DNA of 64,000 nucleotides from IMG/VR virus record IMGVR_UViG_3300010346_002377; one strand, written 5' to 3'. The notes under the pieces are model-generated. The model searched no databases, was not told the origin of the DNA, and worked only from the letters and a program-made list of their open reading frames with translations. A program made the position numbers and the translations under genes. Shown here one piece after another: positions 62,252 through 64,000 of the stretch. Origin of the DNA: an uncultured virus (IMG/VR IMGVR_UViG_3300010346_002377). Taxonomy: Duplodnaviria; Heunggongvirae; Uroviricota; Caudoviricetes. Each line of letters begins with the position of its first letter. The stretch's first letter is position 1.

Positions 62252-63153
62252 GTCACTCCTTCTTTCTTTGCCAGTCTCTCGATCTCGTTGAACCCGATCC
62301 GATGGCACCCGGCCACGATGCCGTTCTTGTTCACGGCGTCGAGTTGGTAGCGGCCGACGGCGAAGGTCTCGCCGTTGCGCCGCCAGCCCTTTTTGCGCTT
62401 GGCCATCGCGAACCGGAACAGCCGGATCGCGTCGTCCCAAGGGATGACGGCGCCCTTGCTGGTGTCCACGGCGTCCGTTTTCGTCCCGTCGTACGCTACC
62501 GTGCGGCGCCGCAAGAACACCTTGGAGACGCCATGCGGAATACAAGCCCCCGGCTCGTTGTTCTGCCACGCCTCGATCTTCTCCGCGTTCTCCTTCAGCA
62601 GTTTGGCCTCGAGCCGCTTCAGGCGGGTGGCCTCCTGCTTCCGGATCTCGGCGGCGCGGGCCACCAGGTCGCCGAGCTCGACCTTCGGCATCTTGACCTT
62701 GAACCACTCCGCCAAGGTCTCGGCGTTGCGGACAAGGCGGTCCGCCTGGCTTGCCAGATAGTTCAAGATGTCGGGTTTTCGGGCCCGGCCCGCCTGCTCC
62801 ATTCGCTCGGCCGCCTTGGCCAACGAGGTTTTGATTTGCTCCCGGACCCACTTCTTGTCGGCCCGGCCCTTCGCGTCCTTCGGCACGATCCAGGACTCTC
62901 CGCAGTCGACGCCCCAGACCTCCACGGACGGCAGGTGGGAAACCGCCTGCCGCATGTAGCGCTGGTGCCGGCTCGTGGAGACGCTGTAGTCGATCGCGTT
63001 GAGCACGGCCAGGGTTCCGTCCTTCGTTTGGACAAGCTCCCCGATGGCCGTCGAGTAGCTGCGAAGCACGGGACCGGAGAAGGACAGGCTGCTGCCCGTC
63101 CCTTGGTTTTGGCTTTGGTGCGCCCAGAGATGGGCGAGTTCGCTATTCTTCAT
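62248..63153 (-). CDS. Early-type phage protein (SY.T.I...YSVSTSRHQ; C-terminal AGCHRI)
   Basis: ATG 63153; motifs AHLWAHQ, YSVSTSRHQ, TSKGAVIP and IVAGCHRI. Confidence 0.7.
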   Translation of the reverse strand: MKNSELAHLWAHQSQNQGTGSSLSFSGPVLRSYSTAIGELVQTKDGTLAVLNAIDYSVSTSRHQRYMRQAVSHLPSVEVWGVDCGESWIVPKDAKGRADKKWVREQIKTSLAKAAERMEQAGRARKPDILNYLASQADRLVRNAETLAEWFKVKMPKVELGDLVARAAEIRKQEATRLKRLEAKLLKENAEKIEAWQNNEPGACIPHGVSKVFLRRRTVAYDGTKTDAVDTSKGAVIPWDDAIRLFRFAMAKRKKGWRRNGETFAVGRYQLDAVNKNGIVAGCHRIGFNEIERLAKKEGVT

Positions 63154-63596
63154 GTTGGTCTCTTTCTTGGTTCGCTGACGTAGTCCTTTACCCAGTCCAG
63201 CACGCGCTGGCTTTTGGACGTAGGGCCCATGCAGCATTCGATCAGCAGTTCGTGGTTGCCGGAATGTCCGGCCGTCACAAGGTAGCCGTGAATGGTTTTC
63301 TTTCCGTTCCGGAAATGGAAGAATTGGTAGAGGATTGTCGGAATGTCCAAGTCCTCGATCCTCTTCCTCAGCCATCGCGGAAGATCCGGATAGACGTCCA
63401 GATCGGACTTGTTCAAGTACCCCGGCGGAAAATCCATTCCGTTGCACTTGGTTTCGGAGCGGGGCCGGATGCAGTTCGAAAACTGGCCCGGCCCCCATTG
63501 GTTTCCGGTTCCGAGGCAGACGCAGTATCGGTCGAAAGCTTTGTGTCCCGTCTCGATGCGCGCCTTGTTCGGGTGGATCCATTCAAGTTTTTTCAC
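63150..63596 (-). CDS. Hypothetical protein
   Basis: ATGA overlap with the downstream gene; coherent 148-aa ORF. Confidence 0.6.
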   Translation of the reverse strand: MKKLEWIHPNKARIETGHKAFDRYCVCLGTGNQWGPGQFSNCIRPRSETKCNGMDFPPGYLNKSDLDVYPDLPRWLRKRIEDLDIPTILYQFFHFRNGKKTIHGYLVTAGHSGNHELLIECCMGPTSKSQRVLDWVKDYVSEPRKRPT

Positions 63597-63759
63597 GGCG
63601 GGTCCTTTTGTCTTCCGTTTCTTCTTCCGTCATTCGCCGAAGCGCTTCCGCTTCGTGCTCCAGCCAGGTATGGAATCCCAGCAGGGTTAGGTCGCAGGCC
63701 ACGGCCTGCTTCCAGCGGGCCAGTTCGGCCTTGTAGTCTTCGTGGGTACTCATGTTCAT
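63583..63759 (-). CDS. Small protein with WxxAVxxxxTxLGFxxW module
   Basis: RBS GGAGG, ATGA overlap; RWKQAVACDLTLLGFHTW. Confidence 0.55.
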   Translation of the reverse strand: MNMSTHEDYKAELARWKQAVACDLTLLGFHTWLEHEAEALRRMTEEETEDKRTRREKT

Positions 63760-64000
63760 TTTCGTTGTTCCTCCCATTCCTTGAACGGCAGGCGCGTGGA
63801 TCCGGCTCGGACGGCGGCTTGCCAATCGTTATACTCGGACCAGGTCTCCTCGCTCCGCGCAACCTCTTCCACGGAGGGTTCCGCACGCGGTGCCATATAT
63901 TGGGCGCCGAGCGCGGCCGCTTTGGCTTCCGGAGAGCGGGGCCCCATGAGCCGGCCGCCGGGGGACTTGCGCCCCGTGGCGGCCAGGGTCTTCACGAGCT
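63756..64000 (-). CDS. Partial CDS, paralog of 58710-59096
   Basis: GRKSPGGRLMG versus GRRSPSGRLMG, and WSEYNDWQAAVRAGSTRLPFKEW versus WSEYNDWQTAVKRGETKLPFEEW; frame is open to the window edge. Confidence 0.7.
   Translation of the reverse strand, partial: LVKTLAATGRKSPGGRLMGPRSPEAKAAALGAQYMAPRAEPSVEEVARSEETWSEYNDWQAAVRAGSTRLPFKEWEEQRK

Noticed and set aside
1..64000. Stop-codon reassignment as in some crAss-like phages
   Set aside because: Genes are intact under code 11, and TAG, TGA and TAA all end genes exactly where the next gene or a terminator begins.
1..64000. Prophage boundaries, integrase, tRNA or endolysin
   Set aside because: None was recognisable by eye in this window; they may lie outside it or be too divergent to spot.

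Overview
The window is part of a high-GC tailed dsDNA phage genome with a podovirus-like virion module, in two convergent arms that meet near 46,230. The + arm (1-46,229) carries a putative lysis/envelope cluster, terminase large subunit, portal, scaffold, major capsid protein, tail collar/fibre/nozzle/adaptor genes, four ejection-protein-like genes and an 18.6-kb gene for a 6,190-aa protein. The - arm (46,239-64,000) carries a TerS-like HTH protein, primase-helicase, family A DNA polymerase, a putative SSB, a Cas4/DUF2800-like nuclease, an SF2 helicase and many small early-type ORFs. The strongest finding is that the 6,190-aa protein appears to embed a crAss/QDE-1-type two-barrel RNA polymerase (RIPT...GSDVDADTL, with upstream DG and two Lys motifs) plus a PD-(D/E)XK nuclease. 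Other notable items are a membrane protein fusing a holin-like stalk to a PAS sensor, Thr-Asn-rich fibre-like proteins and an XkdW-like chaperone with signal peptides, two histone-fold-like paralogs sharing a repeated Trp-rich module, an unannotated H1-like peptide, and structured RNA leaders ahead of the capsid and polymerase genes. No integrase, tRNA, CRISPR array or reverse transcriptase was seen. All family assignments come from motif recognition by eye; no database search was run.
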